From positions 31,558,001-31,622,000 of the forward strand of contig OZ024756.1 in NCBI GenBank assembly GCA_964016885.1: a DNA stretch of 64,000 bases, in the 5' to 3' direction. Shown here in pieces: positions 36,691 to 52,784 of the stretch. The position numbers and the translations under genes were made by a program. Within the stretch, counting starts at the first letter, position 1, and each line of letters begins with the position of its first letter. The DNA is from Eledone cirrhosa (taxonomy: Eukaryota). The notes under the pieces are model-generated. The model worked only from the letters and a program-made list of their open reading frames with translations, did not search any database and had not been told where the DNA came from.

Positions 36691-39600
36691 TTCGTTTAAA
36701 CGTCCATCTTCCACGCTAGCTTGGGTTAGACGGGAGTTGTCCCACTTGAGGCAAGGTTTGGTCGGGTGACCGTGTCTCGCTCATATAGGACTATCTGGCA
36801 GGTTTTCTACGGCCGGATGCCCTTCCTAACACCAACCACATTTACAGTGTGGAACTGGGAACCTTTTACTGTGTTACCTACATGGCCACATTACAGCGTG
36901 GACTGTGTGTTTTTCTTGTGACACCTACACGATCTTGATCTAACTTATCTCATTTATTTGGACTGGATGTTGTGGTACCAACTTTATAGAGAGAGGGTGG
37001 TGTTGGTGGGAGTGGAAGGATAGGGTAGGGGTAGTGGATTGGGGTGTATATTTGGTTAAGAGGTGCCTACTGACTGTAGGTTTCGCTTTGTACATAGGCA
37101 AGGCGGGTCTTCTGTATTACTGCATAGCGCCAAAGATCTCATATATATATATTAGTTGCCTAATGAATCTTTTTCTCTCTTTCTCTCTCTCTCTCTCGTC
37201 AAATGTGGATGTTTGAATTCTTTCATTGATTTTGGCATACAAGTGTTGAAGTTGATCAATCAGTTGAATTATTATATCAACTCACTGAATAATCCTGGGT
37301 GATAGATTTCATCGTGTTGCTTGTTTAACACCCATGTCACCTGGTTGAAACCTTGGGTGCCTTCAACAGAGTCCACTAAAGTGGCAGACTTAATCTAATC
37401 ACCTAGTTTAACACCATCAACATCATCTAGTCCTTGGGTGCCTTTAACTGTCCACTAAAATGGTAGACTTAATCTAACCATCTGGTTTAACACCACCCTT
37501 GGGTACCTTTAGTGGAGTCCACAAGGGAAACAGGCTTAATCCTGTTGTCTAGTTTAAAACCACTACCACCTGGCCCTTGGGTGCTTTTAGCAGAGTCTAC
37601 TAGAGTGATAGACTTAATTCTGTTACCTGGTTTAACCCTTTAGCATTTACATTACTCTATATATAATATTGTATTATCAGGGTAAAGACTTTACTTCACA
37701 TAATTATCACACATAATATTGAATCTATGAGATTTTAATATTATCTATTTTGAGAACAATACCTTAACATCAGTATGAGTGACCAGTTACAGCCAGTTTG
37801 AACAGAAAGAAGTGCGAGAATTCTGGCCAGATATGGCCGGTTTAAATGCTAAAGGATTAACATCACTATCTTTTTAACGCCAACCAAGTTATAGTGTGAA
37901 CAGGGTACTTTTTATCGTGGCACCAAAACAACCATTTAACAGAGTGGACTGGACTGGATGCTTTTTTTGTGTCACCAACATGACCATCTTACAGGCATGA
38001 TGGACTCTGTGCTTTGTTGTTTTAGCACCAGCTCACCAGATGAGGTGGGCTGTGTTTTCATATATATATATATATATATATAACCCTCATCACCATTATT
38101 TTACATGTTGTTCATGCTTGTATGGGTTGGACAGGTCCATCTCAGTACAGCATCACTCCACTTGTCGTTGCGCTCCTTTTTCATCTCGTCTGTCAACTTC
38201 AGCGATCTTAGATCAGTTCACTTACATCCAGGTCTTCCTCTACTGCGGCTTCATTCTACTGAGATTACTTGGCACTTCTTCACCCAACAATCATTATCCA
38301 TGTGCTTCATATGTCCAAACTAATGCAGTCTCCTCTCTTGCACAATATTTGTGAGTCCTCTTATACCCAATTTCTCCATCAGTTCATCCATGTTTTGTTT
38401 TTCTCGCACATTGACCTTGCACATCCATCGCGTTCACTGAATCTCACAGTTGGGTTGACGAAAGATAGCGACAAGTGGAGGAAGGCTATGTTGGAAAAGA
38501 CCCATCTAACTCATTCAAGCATGGAAAAACGACATAAAACAGGGGCGATGGTGATCTATCTACCTATATATCGTACACCTTTTGGTCTAGGCAGATAAAC
38601 ATTTCACTGTTGCTCAGTACCAATTATGTAGTGAGGGTAAATACTCCGAAGATGAGTGTGTATACATTACATGCATGCAAGCGTATGTATATGTATATAT
38701 ATTATATGTATGTATGTATGTATGTATAAAATGTATATAATCGCATGTTGTGTGTACAGTTGACAAATGCGCTAGAAAGCAGCGACTATTCAAATGAGTT
38801 GTCCTTTAGAAATTTCGATTGAAAAGATTATAGAGCACGTGCTCGCTGTCTCTAGTGAGGTCACTGTGTATCTATGGGTATATAGCACACACACACACAC
38901 TATGTATATATATTATATACACGCATGTCAACGCAATTTCTCTGGGGGGCTTTCTTCATTGTTTTTGTCTCTACTGGGGTCACTGTGTATCTATTGATAT
39001 ATAGAACACACACTGTATATATATATATATATTATACACATGCATCTGGACAATAACGAGTCCTCGCCCGTCACCTTTGTGAAAATAATGTAGAAATCGT
39101 TTATTGGCAGGGTTGTTTAGGGCAATGTTTTTCAAGTCGGAGGACATAGGGCATGCAGAATGAGGGGGGGGGGGTTGTATAACTATGCTAAATATAATTT
39201 GTCAGGAGTCTGATCGTGGTTTAGAGTGACAGACAGATGACAAATATTTTAATTACGGCCCTTTACGTTCAAACCACGCCGAGGTCGACATTATTTCTGC
39301 ATCCTTCCAGAAGTCTATAAAATAAATACCAGTAAAATACATCCTTCCAGAAGTCTATAAAATAAATACCAGTGAAATACTGAGGGTAATTTAATCGACT
39401 TTCCTCTCCCATTCCTCAAATTACTTGCCATGTGCCGATGCTATAAAGAATTATTCGGCAGAAACGGTAGGGTGCCGGACAAAGTGTGCAGTTACCTCCC
39501 TTTATGCTCTAGCCTCGCATCCTTCTGAGAGGCTCGATAAACTAAAATACCAGTAAACAACTGCAGTCATATTTTATAGATTCTGTACCCGTGTTAGTAA

Positions 39601-40419
39601 CTATTTAACACATACCTGCTCCATCTCTTCGTTGTCATTTTACTTTCACTTCAATAGAGAAAGCTTATAAGATAAAACATATACTGGGGGATTCAGTAGA
39701 TTCGGGGTGTGTATATATATATATATATATTCTCCACTTTTTCAATTATATATATAGACATACTGCCTATCTAGGACTACAATATCTAACGGGACTTCGC
39801 CATTCTAAGACAAGGAAGAATGTGTGTGATGTGCAGGGGAGATTTGGCTGCTATTTCTGGCAGATAGAACGACCACATAAGAAGCATTCATCTCTAGTTC
39901 GTTCACCGACGTGTTGTGTAGTAGCTATATAGCCCCAGGTCAGCTAGGAATGAGAAGCGAGTCGTATAACTATGATTCAATCTCAGTCATGTCCAAAATA
40001 CTGTTGTTATTGTGTGGTTCCAGATCAATACGGGGTTAAATATTTGGCTGCTATTTCTAGCAGGTCAGAACGACCTGCGTAATAAATTAGTATCCCATTC
40101 ACACACTCTCTCTCTCCACCGCCGTCTCGTTTGCAGGTGTGTGTGTGTGTGTGTGTGTACAGTATTATATACTGTACCGTATTGGAATATATTATATATT
40201 AATTATTCATTGAAGCCTCTTCGATTAGGAATGAGTTCAGATGTTCACTGCTGAGCTCATAACATTTATATATATTTATATATATACACAATAGTGACCA
40301 GGTCGCAAACAGTGCGACGAGAATTTTAAGAATGTACGACAAATGCAATGAAGCCAACACTTTTCTATTATTGAATAGCTGAAACAGCTCACGTACGCTA
40401 TATATATATATATATATAG

Positions 40420-40461
<42 letters not shown>

Positions 40462-43400
40462 CATAGATTATTCGGAGAAAAATGACATAATTTGTAAACA
40501 ACGAGGTTTAAATTAAATTAAATATACTTACTTTTAATAACAAGTCTAAAAAGTATATAAAAGTCTTTTCCGAGGCTAGACTTCCACCTCCAGTGGAAAC
40601 AACTTTCTGCCCATCGTTAAATGTTGAATATAACGATGACTAATAAAAATAATAATGATTTCTTTATAATAATAGTATTGGGTAACAAAGTGTGCTGAGG
40701 TTTTAAGTTCGCATCTGGCTACATATATTTATAGTGCCAATCATATATTTATATATATAATGGTTCTTTTCTTAGTTTCCAGTTAGATTTTTGTAAGTTA
40801 CCACCATCAAACCGGAACGATAAACGACGAAATGGATATACAAATCATTAATTAACTTGAATTAAAATCAAAACGAAGTGTGATAGCTAGATTTCTTAAT
40901 TACAAATATATACATATATACATATATATATATATATAAATATATATATATATGTGTGTGTGTGAATATGTTTGGTAGTAATGACTAGGGAAAATGTATT
41001 AAATTATTGTTATTATTAAAAGTAGAAGGAGGAATTTTGAGAAATTCTGGCAGAATAGAAATAAAAGAGGTCATTTGTATATGACTCTGCAGCTTTCTTC
41101 TCTTTATTTTCCATTTAGTCACTCACTCCCTCTCTCAAAGTCTCACCGTATCACCTCTCGCTCTATTTTCCATTTAGTCACTCAATCCCTCTGTCTATTT
41201 CTCTCCTAGTCACTCACTCTTTCTCTCAATCCCACCCCTCTCTCTATTTCCATCGTAGTCTCTCACAATCTCACCCCCTTCTCTATTTCATTCGTAGTCA
41301 CTCACTCCCTCTCTCGCAGTCTCATCATATCATCCCTCTCTGTTTCCTTTCAGTCACTCTCTATATATTTCTTGGTTTTACACTAACTCTCTCACACACT
41401 TCCGTGTATTTTCACTCTCTCACTCGCTCATTCGTATATTTTCACCCTCACTCTCTCATTCACTCGTGCGTTTTCGTCCTCACTCTCATACATTATACAC
41501 ATAAATACACACATAATATATATATATATATTAAGTAGAAATACATTTTTCGTTTTTGATATAAAATAAAAGAAGGCATCTGGTTGTAAATAATAGTATG
41601 ATATAATACAATATACTATAATAATAATAGGAAGGACAGAAACGGGGAAAAAAATTCGGTGAATGAAAGAAGAGAGCAAAAACAAGAGAAAATTTGATTA
41701 TGAAATTTTAAATAAGGTTTTATAAGCATAAAATCTATTCCATTAAGAGAAAGCCAAAATAAAAATATCATTTAATCTGATGGCATTAATGATATCGTTA
41801 ATTAAGTATATGCACATTGTATGTATATATATATATATTTGTTTGTATTTACCTGTGTAAAAATAATTGGTATATGGTAAGGTGTAAAAGACCTGGTTAT
41901 ATCATCATGAATTGTGTAATATATAATCAAGTCTTCAGCAAAGCTTTTTTTTTCCTGTCTAGCTTTCAATTCCTTGCCATTTCTGGTTGTATTTGTTGCA
42001 TCTTTCGTAAATTAGGCGACCGATTCTGAAAAATTAAAGATTTGCAAATGGCATATGTTTTTGTTAAGCAAATGCATTATTCCCGCTTAACTAAAAAAAA
42101 AAAAGTGCACATGCTAAATATTTATACCATACCTTGCAATAAAGAAACAGATTCGTAGCTTTGCTTTAGATTTTCACCTTATATATACATATATATTTAT
42201 ATGTATTGAACTGTATTGTCTGATATTTTTCTATATACACGCTTATATATGTGTCAACTTATAAATTCGATGTGTCCTGTTATCATCCACACAGCTGGCT
42301 TATGAAATATCCAAATGGAGCTGTCCCCTATATATATATAACCACAGATTTGTTTTCCACGGCGAAGAAGGAAAGTAAAACGTAGATCTTTCTACCACAC
42401 CATTTATTGGGTTTTATTTATTTTATTTTTAATCTAATCCAAACTGACCGACAATGGCAAATAAGATGGGGGGGGAATAAACTTAACAGTGAAAAGATAT
42501 AATGAAAAAGAAGACGAAGTAGAAAACCTAGAAACAGTTATATATATAACACACTAAATCACCTTTGGTGTGATTTATTTCGGTCGGGATGTATATTCTA
42601 GTTGAGAAATGTATATATATATAATGGAGAAAATATTACGGAAAGAGAAACCAGCTATCTGAGAAACACATCGTATCACCTTTAACGTTGGCTTCAGTTT
42701 ATATCCCAGTTCAGAAATGTAGATTTATATAATTAAGAAGGAAACAGCTATAAGAATAATCACACATGTCACCTATAGTTTTCTCTTATTTCGTTTGTAG
42801 TTAATATCCCAGATAAGAAATATAGATATACACATACAATTATGAAACAGGAGGCCCTACAAAACAGCTATATCAACACATATTGTATCACCTTTAGTAT
42901 TGGGTTTATTTATGTCCGAATTTATATTCCAGTTGAGAAAAATAACTGACCAAATGGCTGTAGAAAGAACGCCTAGCAACAAAGTCAAGTCCATTCTTTA
43001 AATGAACACTGCATTAAATAAATAACAATCTAACCTTTCTTTTTCAATCTTTCTTTAACTACCGAATAAATATAAATAAACCTCCTGGGGTGTTAAATTA
43101 ACAACAGTTGACCCAATAATTAATGGTTTGTGTTTAGAAATATTAATTAGTATTAGATAAAATGATAATAAGATGAGAAATTTGTTAGTAGAAATATCAC
43201 ATATGTGAAAAATCTTAATTGAATAAATTTTTTTCACATACGTAAAGTGAAAACACAATTATACTGTATAAATTGTATTGTATTTGTGACTAAATCATAT
43301 ATTATCAGTTAAAAAGCAACTTTAAAATATTATTTGTTTAATTAATTTAACAAATGACAAACTAACTCAAATTTTATTCAATTTATTTTCCCGTCTCTTT

Positions 43401-46400
43401 TAGTTTGGCACAATTAAAGGAAGAACCTGTAAATAGTACAAGAAAAATAAGCCAAAAATATCACCACGAGAACCATATATATAAATATATGTGTTACCCT
43501 GTTGATTTCGAAATATGTCTCGTATGTTTTATATAGCATGTTTCTATTAATTTCGATAGTTTTGCGAATTATTGATGACGATGGAGATGGGGGGGGGGGT
43601 TTAACTTCAGCTCATCCCTAGTTAAGCAGACCTAATGATTAATTAAAGGGTTATTTTAGTCATCTCCATCCCAGCTTTATATTTTTCTATCACTGTCTAA
43701 TGTATCTCTTATTTATTTAAAACGATAATGTATTGTTTGGCTGTTGTTTCTAGCAGGTTGATGATACGTATTCGTGACTACGAACAGCATTTTTTTTTCA
43801 TGTCAACGATAATGTTTTGGGGTTGTTTTCGATGCTGAAAAATACGCCTCAAACTAATGTAATATCTATGAAAGTAGCTTAAGTACATAATTCAGATTTA
43901 TTATATAACCAATATGGAACTAGTGAACATTGATTACAAATATGAGGAGTTTGTAGTACTGTAAAATACTCTGATATATTTAGAAGTCATCTGTTTTCCA
44001 GGCTTGATGACCGACGAAAGTTAAACCGATCGAACACGTGGAAGAATTAGAATTACAAGTCAGGTTGGTTTTGAATTGAAAATCAAATCCCCTTACCTCC
44101 AAAATCTAAAGCCTACACTGTTCTTAAAAAAAACTAGATATATTAAATGATAATGACCCAAAAATTTAGATGAGATGGTCACGGTTGAAATATATTTCCA
44201 TAAGATAGGTTAAGTGGGTTATGTTTTAATTGAGAATCAAGCCCCTGCCTCTAAAATCTTAAAAAATAAAGACGAGCTTATTAATAATGTCCCAAATTCT
44301 CCAGACGAGATGGCCACAGTTGGTATGCACTTTGATAATAGACAGGTTTGCTGGATTTTGAATTAGAATGTCGTTTATTTCAAACAGTCTTTTAGAGAAA
44401 GAAAACGGACATTTTGATTGAAAATATCCAATGCAATTAAATAAATTAACTAAACGAGATGGTCACGGTTGGATGCGATTTTAATTTGATTCTGCCTTGA
44501 ACCCAGATGACCTTCAGCTAAACAACTCACAAATGACGCATTTAAAAGTCACTAAACACTTACCTATATGTAGATCCCGAGTTGGGGGTGACCACAGTCA
44601 GTAAGGTACTCAATACATGTGTAGAATGAAGACAGAAGTTCATATAGAAAAGGTTTCAACAAGACTAGAACTGTTTCATTCGTATGAAATCAACAGGAGT
44701 TGGCATTTATATTTGAGTTCATGAGAATGTTAGTTTCCTGATCTGTCCTCCCCGCCTTTTTTCCGAACGTTACTTCAACTTTCACTACCAACAAGTGAGT
44801 ACCAAATTTAACCACCTTTTTTACCGTATTAATGAAACACATAGGCCATATGTTTCAATTTATTTTGAAAGTAATGAAAGAGTTTCATTATTTTAGAGAA
44901 AAGGATGCGTCATGAGATTTCCCTCTAAAAAAAGGTTTGAATCTACCCAAAACACTCACGGCATTGCTGCGGGTAACGGCGTAGCTGGGACGCCAAAAAT
45001 AGTCAAGCATCCTCTAAAGGATCGCCTGACGATATGTTGAAATAAAAACAAGCCACAAGCATTCTTTTTATTATCGACTTTCGTTTAGCTCTGATTGAGA
45101 AGACGCTCCAGCCATAATCACCCCGCCTTTTTTACGTAGAGGTTCGCATGTCGCTTCGAGTTCAACCCCATTTCAACTTGACATTCAAGAGAACATTGAT
45201 CAAACACTTTCCAGTCGTGTCCATACCGTCTTATTCCTAAAACCACACCATCGAATGTGTCTTTTTTAAGGCGGGTAGGGTACGGTTTGAAGGAAATTGT
45301 GCAGCTACTTCTGAAAGGTTGAGCAACCACGTAGAAGCTGCTGGTGTTGTTTGGCCCTGCTCAGCTCGGGTTCAGTAGTAGACTTATGATTAAAGACGTT
45401 CCAGCCAGGACTATTTATACACACACATATGTGTCCAATAAATACCATTTTCTTTTTTATTACGGCAGTAGGGTGTGATTTGAGTGAAATTTTAGCTGAT
45501 ATTTCTACCAGATTGAGGGTTGCCTTGAATCCATTGAAGTACCAAGTGGATGCGTTTGCGGGTTCTTGGCTGTTCCAGCACTTCAGCCTCATTAACGCCC
45601 TCAATAATTTCCGTGTGTTCTGAGAGGATACTTCAAACATTTCTTTAAAGGAAAGCACCACCATTTCCTGTTGTAGTTTGTAATTAATGTCCATTTGCAT
45701 TGTTGGTTGTATTCGTCCAGATCCGTTTTAAAAGCATTAGAGTCCTCCGAGCATAGCAATCTATTATGACCCCTGCACACACAACCACAGCATACAGAAA
45801 TTACCGCTAGATAAGTAGGGCCCCCGAATGAAGCAATGCACTCAGGTGACTACATATACAACTATAGCATATATAAATTAAGATTGGGTCCCTAGACGAA
45901 AGCAAAGCAATGGACTAGGAGGGCCCTCTACATACACAATCACAAAATACATAGACTAGCGTTATGTCCCAGCGGGACCTTCGAGCAAGAAAATCTATTT
46001 GGGCCCCAACATACGGAATCACAGCAAAAATAGATCAGCATTATGTCCCTTAGAAGCTGTGGACACCCTCATCTCTCTATTTTCTACTCCTTATATAATT
46101 ACGAAATATTGTGCTGAAATAAAATGGTAGTTATTTTTAATGAATTATTACAGAAAAAAATTAATCTCGCTAATGAATGAATAAATATATGGTTAGAAAT
46201 TAAAATATTTTAACCAGAAGAAATCAATCAAAGAAATGAAAAAAAAATGTGTTAAATCAAACGCATTATAGTTTAAGATAAGTAACAGTAAAATACTGAG
46301 TCATACATAGAACATTAGGGCATAAAGTACCAGTAATACATTGGTGTTATACATAGACATTATGGCATACCTTTTGGGTGGAAGGAACAATTGATTATAT

Positions 46401-46809
46401 CGATCAAATACGTCACTTGGTACTTATTTTATCGACCCCTAAACTACCAATGTTGAACTGGTGCGCACAACTGAGAGGTGGACGTTGGGGTGATGTGAAT
46501 ATTTTTGGAGGGAATTTTTCCTAAATTTTACATTATATATTTTTAACACCAGTCGTTATTCAATAATTGAGTGTTGACGTAGTCGGGCATAGAACGAAAA
46601 TAAAGAAAATAGACTTAAATAACTACTGTCCGAAAGGATAAAGAGTTAATTTATAGAATACCTGCAAAAAAGAAAATCTTCTTTATTTAAAAAGAAAAAT
46701 ATTATATGAAAAGTAGAAATATAAATCAAAATAATTAGGGGATTGAAAAATAAAAAAATATTTCATGGTTAAGCTGGAAAATAAGGAAAATTCAACTGAA
46801 AATATTTTC

Positions 46810-49800
46810 TAATTAAATTAAAGATATTTTGGAGTAGTTTCTTGAAAAAAAATGAACAAAGGGACATGCCTGATTCTTAACTACAAAAATTGTCCGCTAA
46901 AATTGTCTCCCTTGAAATGGCGGAATTTTTTTTCATATCATTTATAAATAGTTTCTATAAATATCTTTTGCATCGAGCGATTTGTCCAAATTACAGCAAC
47001 ATTTTATGTTAATATTTAAATTTATTAAACATGATTCACTGCTGTTGCTTAATATTTATTAGACTTTCTTTTAGCAAAGCTTTTCAGAATAACGCAAATT
47101 CAACATAACTACGTGGTTTTAATACATCGAAGTGACATATGTGATCAGTGGATCTGGTAGAAATAGCAGCCAAATCTCTCTTAGATCACACCTTACTGTA
47201 TTAAAACATGACCACATTAGATAATGTAGTCTCTAGAATAGATAATAATGTAAAACAATAATGTAATGGCCAAGGTCAGAACGTTCAATAGAGTTAAACA
47301 TAATAAAACTGTATTAGCATAGAACGTGAAGAGGCGCCAAAATTTCTGCATCTTATTTTGTTTTTTTGCAAGTGAAATATCTAAATTAAAAACACGGTAT
47401 CAACACAAAGAGTTGAATTTGTTTATTATTTCATATATTAGTTTTATAAATTATTATTTTTTAAATTTAGACATTTCTCAACAACTTCATGGGTTTTTTT
47501 ATATAATTTTTTTTAAAAATCAGACGATGACTTTCCAGTATAAATTCCACAATGTCTAATGTGTGTTTTATATCAGACAAATGCAAATATACACAGACAT
47601 TTTCTCTCTATCCATATATCTTAGCTAGAGAAATTGTTTAATCGATTCTTTTTAGATTGAATAATGTTGACTCTCTGTTTGGTTATACAATTATATAACT
47701 GATTCTCTTGAAATATTCGTTTCTAAATAAAAAATAAAAAAAATCATTGTTGAAATGAAACGAAATGAAATACTACCAATGTTTTATTTAGTACAAACTT
47801 GCTTCAATGAATCCATATGAAGATCTATTAATTTAAAGACATTTTATATCTGATATTTTTTTTGTCAGATCTTCATATATATATATGGACGTGACGAATA
47901 TTAAAATATATTTTGGAGGTCATCATTAAATTCTCTACCCATTATAAACATGTTGATTAAAAATACGCCAGTTCTGCCACGATACATATAGATTTTATCT
48001 AATTATATGACCGACATTCTTGTTCGGCCTATTTCGTATTTTATAGAAAGACTATGACTACCTGTCTTCAAAATTAATAGAAGAAGAAAAAGAACGTTTA
48101 GTTTTATGAGCTTATTTTATTCGGATTTTTTTTATTGTTGACTGTTTTCCTAGCGATATTTATTTGGTTGTTAAATGCAGCAACAAGTATGAGTGTGTGA
48201 AACGGTAGCTGTCATATCGCCTAGCCATTAATGTCATCCCCTCACCCGTTCTAGAGAATAAAGACTCATTAATGGTGACGAGAGGAGTATTTTTCTAAGA
48301 TGTAGTGTTTATTGTTTACCCTGTCTTCTATGACTCCCTATTCTAAGCTGTTATTGTTACCACCAGGTCAGACCTGATCAAGTAAGCCTACGATGAAAAG
48401 CATTCCAGTCGCGATCATCTTCAAGTCGAATTAAATATTTTGTTCATACATAGTTTATCTACGACTACACAATTCTATTGTACTTCCATTTCTAAAACAA
48501 AGGCTGTTGTTTCAGAGAGATTTTGTTTCTCTTTTTAGTAAACGGAGCGATCATGTAGAGCAAGTTATGAGGAAGCATTTTAGTATGAACGTTGAATTAA
48601 TAGTAAAGTACATATGGATGTGTAGAGGCGTAGATGTACCGAGAAATATATTGAATCTTTGATTTTACAACTATATAAATATGATCTTATATTTAGTTAC
48701 TCTTTCTAACAGAATATTATTGGGTGTCATTGATTCAAGATTTCGATACACACGATGAATTTCACCCTCAAGCTCGGATCGACTCAAGGCTATGGTATAA
48801 AAGAGACTTGCCCAAGGTACCATGCTGTGAAACTGAACCTGAAATTTCATGATTGTAAAGCAAATATCTTAACCTTTTAAACAAGCCTGTGTCCACAAGT
48901 TATACATTGTAAACAATGTGTTTAGATCAAGGCCAGATTAAGTCCATTTATTGTCCTAAGCACTTTAAAAAAAAAAATGGTGTATGCGTGTGTCCTATAT
49001 AAAATCTGCACTAACATTTTTTTTTGTGGGGAGGCGTGGGCGACGTTCATTTAAATAAAATAGATGCCTTAAGCATGTTCTTATTTAGCTTAATATTTAA
49101 TCCAGCCCCAGCTTAGATTCAACTGCTCAGCATCTTGGGTATCTTTTACCATAGCTTCAGGCTAACTGAAGCCTTAAGAATGAAATTTGGTAGACAGAAA
49201 CTGTGTGGATGGAAGCCCATAGACAGGACCATAGTTGTTCTTTTGGGGTAGAACTAATCTGAGGTACAAACGATTCTGCTAATCCACCATTAATATACAC
49301 CCGTTATGTATATCAATTGTTCCTACTTTTTGTACAAGGCCAGCAATTTGGGGGCAAGGAAAAGTTGATTAAATCAACCCAAGTACTTGACTAATACTTT
49401 ATATTGATTTACCCCAGAAGAATAAAAGGCAAAGTTGACCTCAGTGAGATTTGAACTCGGAATATAGAAAGCCATAACTAAATCACAGAAAGCATTTTGT
49501 TAGATGCTTTACTGATACTGCCAATCCATTGCCATACTGTTGTGAATAATAATGGTTTCTGATTTAGGCACAAGGCCAGCCATTTTGATGGGAGGGGAAA
49601 GTCAATTAAATCATCCCCATTGCATGACTGGTACTTTATTTTATCGACCCCGTAAGGATGAAAGGCAAAACTAACCTCGGCGGGATTTGAATTCAACTGT
49701 TGTGTATCATCATCTTCATCATCATCATCGTTTAACGTCTATTTTCCATGCTAGCACAAATTAGACAGGTTTGTCCCATTAGAGGCAAGTTAGGTCAGGT

Positions 49801-52745
49801 GATCATGTCTTGCTCATATATGAGTGTTTCTGGCTAGATTTCTACGGCTGGATGCCCTTCCTAGCTCCAATCACACGTGCTGGGTGCTTTTTGCCATGTC
49901 TCCTACACGACCACTTTACAGTGTGGGAATAATAATTCTTCATTTCAGAATTTTACATGAAAAATAGTTTTTAGGTGTGTACATTCTGTTGTTGGCAAGC
50001 TTTTGAACTTCATTTCTTCCTCCCACCAGGCACAAGATGCTATTGACAAAAGTTATGGGCACAGCCCTTCCTCTACTGACTAAATCATAAAAAAACAACA
50101 ACAACAATAAAGGAATATACTAGAAAACATTTGATTCTTTCTAACAGTTTATTTTAAGATGTCTGTTAGTAGGGAGAATACAGCAACAATGCAAATGGTA
50201 CTGTAGAAACTAGACATTTGAACATAACTACTAAATATTGTATAGAAAAATAAATAAAATTGGCAGTTAAATGAAAAAGCATAGTAGCAAGAATATGAAC
50301 AAAGTAGGAAAAAATACAGGGAATTATTATGTCTGCTGGCAACAAAAGGATTCTTTTACTGAGCATATGGTATATTATATAATGCTTGTATATGAAGTGC
50401 TATGTTACACGGTAGTAAATATGGGCATCAAATGTAGAGGATATGTGAAAGTTAAAGAGAAAGAAATGAGGCTAGTATGTTTCAGGGATTGTGTAAATGT
50501 CTGTGAACAAATGATAAAGTATATACATAAGTATTGAAGGAAAAACTGGACATTGAGGGAATCAGATGCATTGTCTGTCTAACCCATGCTAGCGTGGAAA
50601 GTGGACATTAAACGAAGATGATGATGATGATGATGATGTGTAGGAGAAAAGATTGTGGTGGTACAGACATGTGGTAGAATATCTCATAGTGTTTGTTCTG
50701 GCTCACTGAATTCTGCTAGAAATAGCACCCAAACTTCCCTCAAATCACATCTTAATCTCTATCTTCTTGAAGGAGGAAGACATACTTTCAATATATATAT
50801 ATATACACACACACACATTCTGTCTGAAAAGATAAGCTGTTTATGGCTGGAGCACCTTTAGTCATAAGTCTGCTTTGGTAGGGTTGGGACAAGGGCTATG
50901 CAACAACAAACCTACTCCCTAAAATATCATCTAACAAGATCCCAGATTATCTTCCTCCTGTTCACCATCATCATCTTATCCATTGCTGATACTATCAGCT
51001 GGCTGCAACTCCTAACATAGCTCCCTTGATCCAATTTGATGTTTGTCTCCTTTCATATATTTCCATTAGTCTTTCTATTGCTGATACTATTAGCCTGTTA
51101 CAACTCCTGGTAGAAGGGTTGCTGGTTTTCTTGTAACAAGAGGTGGGATTTGAACTCAGAATGCACAGAGCTGGAACAGATACTGCAAAGCCTCCCTTAT
51201 GACTCTATAATAATTCTGTCAATCCATTATTCCTGGAATGGTAATCTAATTATTGTTCTTGAAGGTATGAAAGTCAAAGGTGACCACTGCAGAATTTGAA
51301 CTCAAAGCTCCAAGAGCTGGTACAATTACCATTGGAGTAGGTGGAAACTCGTGATGGGGTAAGCAGACAGCAAAAGGGTCTTCAGAGGAAGAGCTCCCAT
51401 CAAGCAAGTACTTCAGCTATTTATTCCTCCTAGTGATCTAAGGGAGCTAGGCTCACATAGGTCATGACTCCTAGGTGTTCTCCTGCTGTTTTTTCTCCTC
51501 TAGTGGGTGATCTTGTTTCCCATTCCTGTGGTTTACACCATTCAGCCACAAAGACCATAGGTAGAACTAACATTTCACATCTATTCAAACAGTTATCAAT
51601 GTTCGCGACTTGATATATTCTTTGTTCTAGTGGTCATTCATCTTTGAATATAGCCACAGTGAGTTTTTCTTAGTTGTCTCTGACAGTTGTATACTGTTGC
51701 TGTTTTTTTCCGACCTTTGATTCCAAGCTGACCTAGTAGCTGGCACATGGAAGCTGTGACAAATCCTCATGCATAAACTTCCACAACAATACAACAACAA
51801 TTGGTGAAATTCAATAAGGCATTAACCCTATTTTTACCAGATCACTGGGTTCTATGATACAAAGCTGTCTATTTAGGTGTTTATATTTACCTGAAAACAT
51901 TCCATCATAATTTTATGTAAGAATCTTTGTTAAGTTTTGTTCCAAACACCAGCTTAATAATGAGAAAGTTAAGTTATGTTACTATTCCTTCCAAATTCTT
52001 GTTTATTTTCAAAATACATTGAAAATCAGTGGCATATTTTAACATTTTTCATAAGAATTATATTAATAAAATGGTTAACCCTTTTAAAACCAAAATACCT
52101 GAAACAGTCCTTGGTTTTATGATTTGAAGCTGTTTATTTTAACGCTTTAGCATTTACATTATTCTATATTTACTATTATATTTTCATGGTAAAAGCTTTA
52201 CCTCACATAATTATCTCACATAATATTGAATCTATGAGATTTTGATATTATTTATTTTCAGAACAATACCTTAACATAAGTATGAGAAGCCAGTTATGAC
52301 CAGTTTGAACAGAAAGAGGTGAGAGAATTCTGGTTGGATACAGCCGGTTTAAATGCTAAACAGTAAAAGTGTTTACATTTATCTTAAAACCTTCCTCCAT
52401 CATAATTTTATGAAAGCAGCTTTGTTAAGTTATGTTCCAATCACTAAATTAGTAATGAAACATTGTTACCAAATCCCTCCAAATTATTTATTTTCAAAAT
52501 TATTTCAAAATCATAGACAATCTTTCATTAGAAATATGGTCATGACATGGTTTATGTTATGTTCTAAATACCAACTTAATGATGAGAAAGTTATTATATT
52601 ATTAAATCTCTCCAAATTCTCGATTATTTCCAAAATCATTTGAAAATCATAGGCAGTGTCTTTCATTATATATATATAATATATATATATATATTCATTT
52701 TATTAAGGCTAAATAGTGAGTCTTGTTTCTCTGGAGTTTCGTCTG

Positions 52746-52784
<39 letters not shown>

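Noticed and set aside
41853-42025. Possible minus-strand exon (TTTTCAG acceptor, CAG|GTAAAT donor)
   Set aside because: All three frames contain a stop, no recognisable homology, and such signals occur by chance in AT-rich DNA; cannot be supported without transcripts.
43030-43140. Faint resemblance to a mitochondrial 16S rRNA fragment (NUMT)
   Set aside because: No diagnostic conserved rRNA motif; similarity explainable by AT-richness.
43995-44045. Possible hammerhead (TTGATGA..GAAA)
   Set aside because: Core and stems do not fit together. Isolated CTGANGA matches at ~6073, ~6605 (minus) and 59654 likewise lack a correctly placed stem II/GAAA.
45305-45700. 131-aa minus-strand ORF
   Set aside because: Runs into SINE-derived sequence and shows no recognisable domain.
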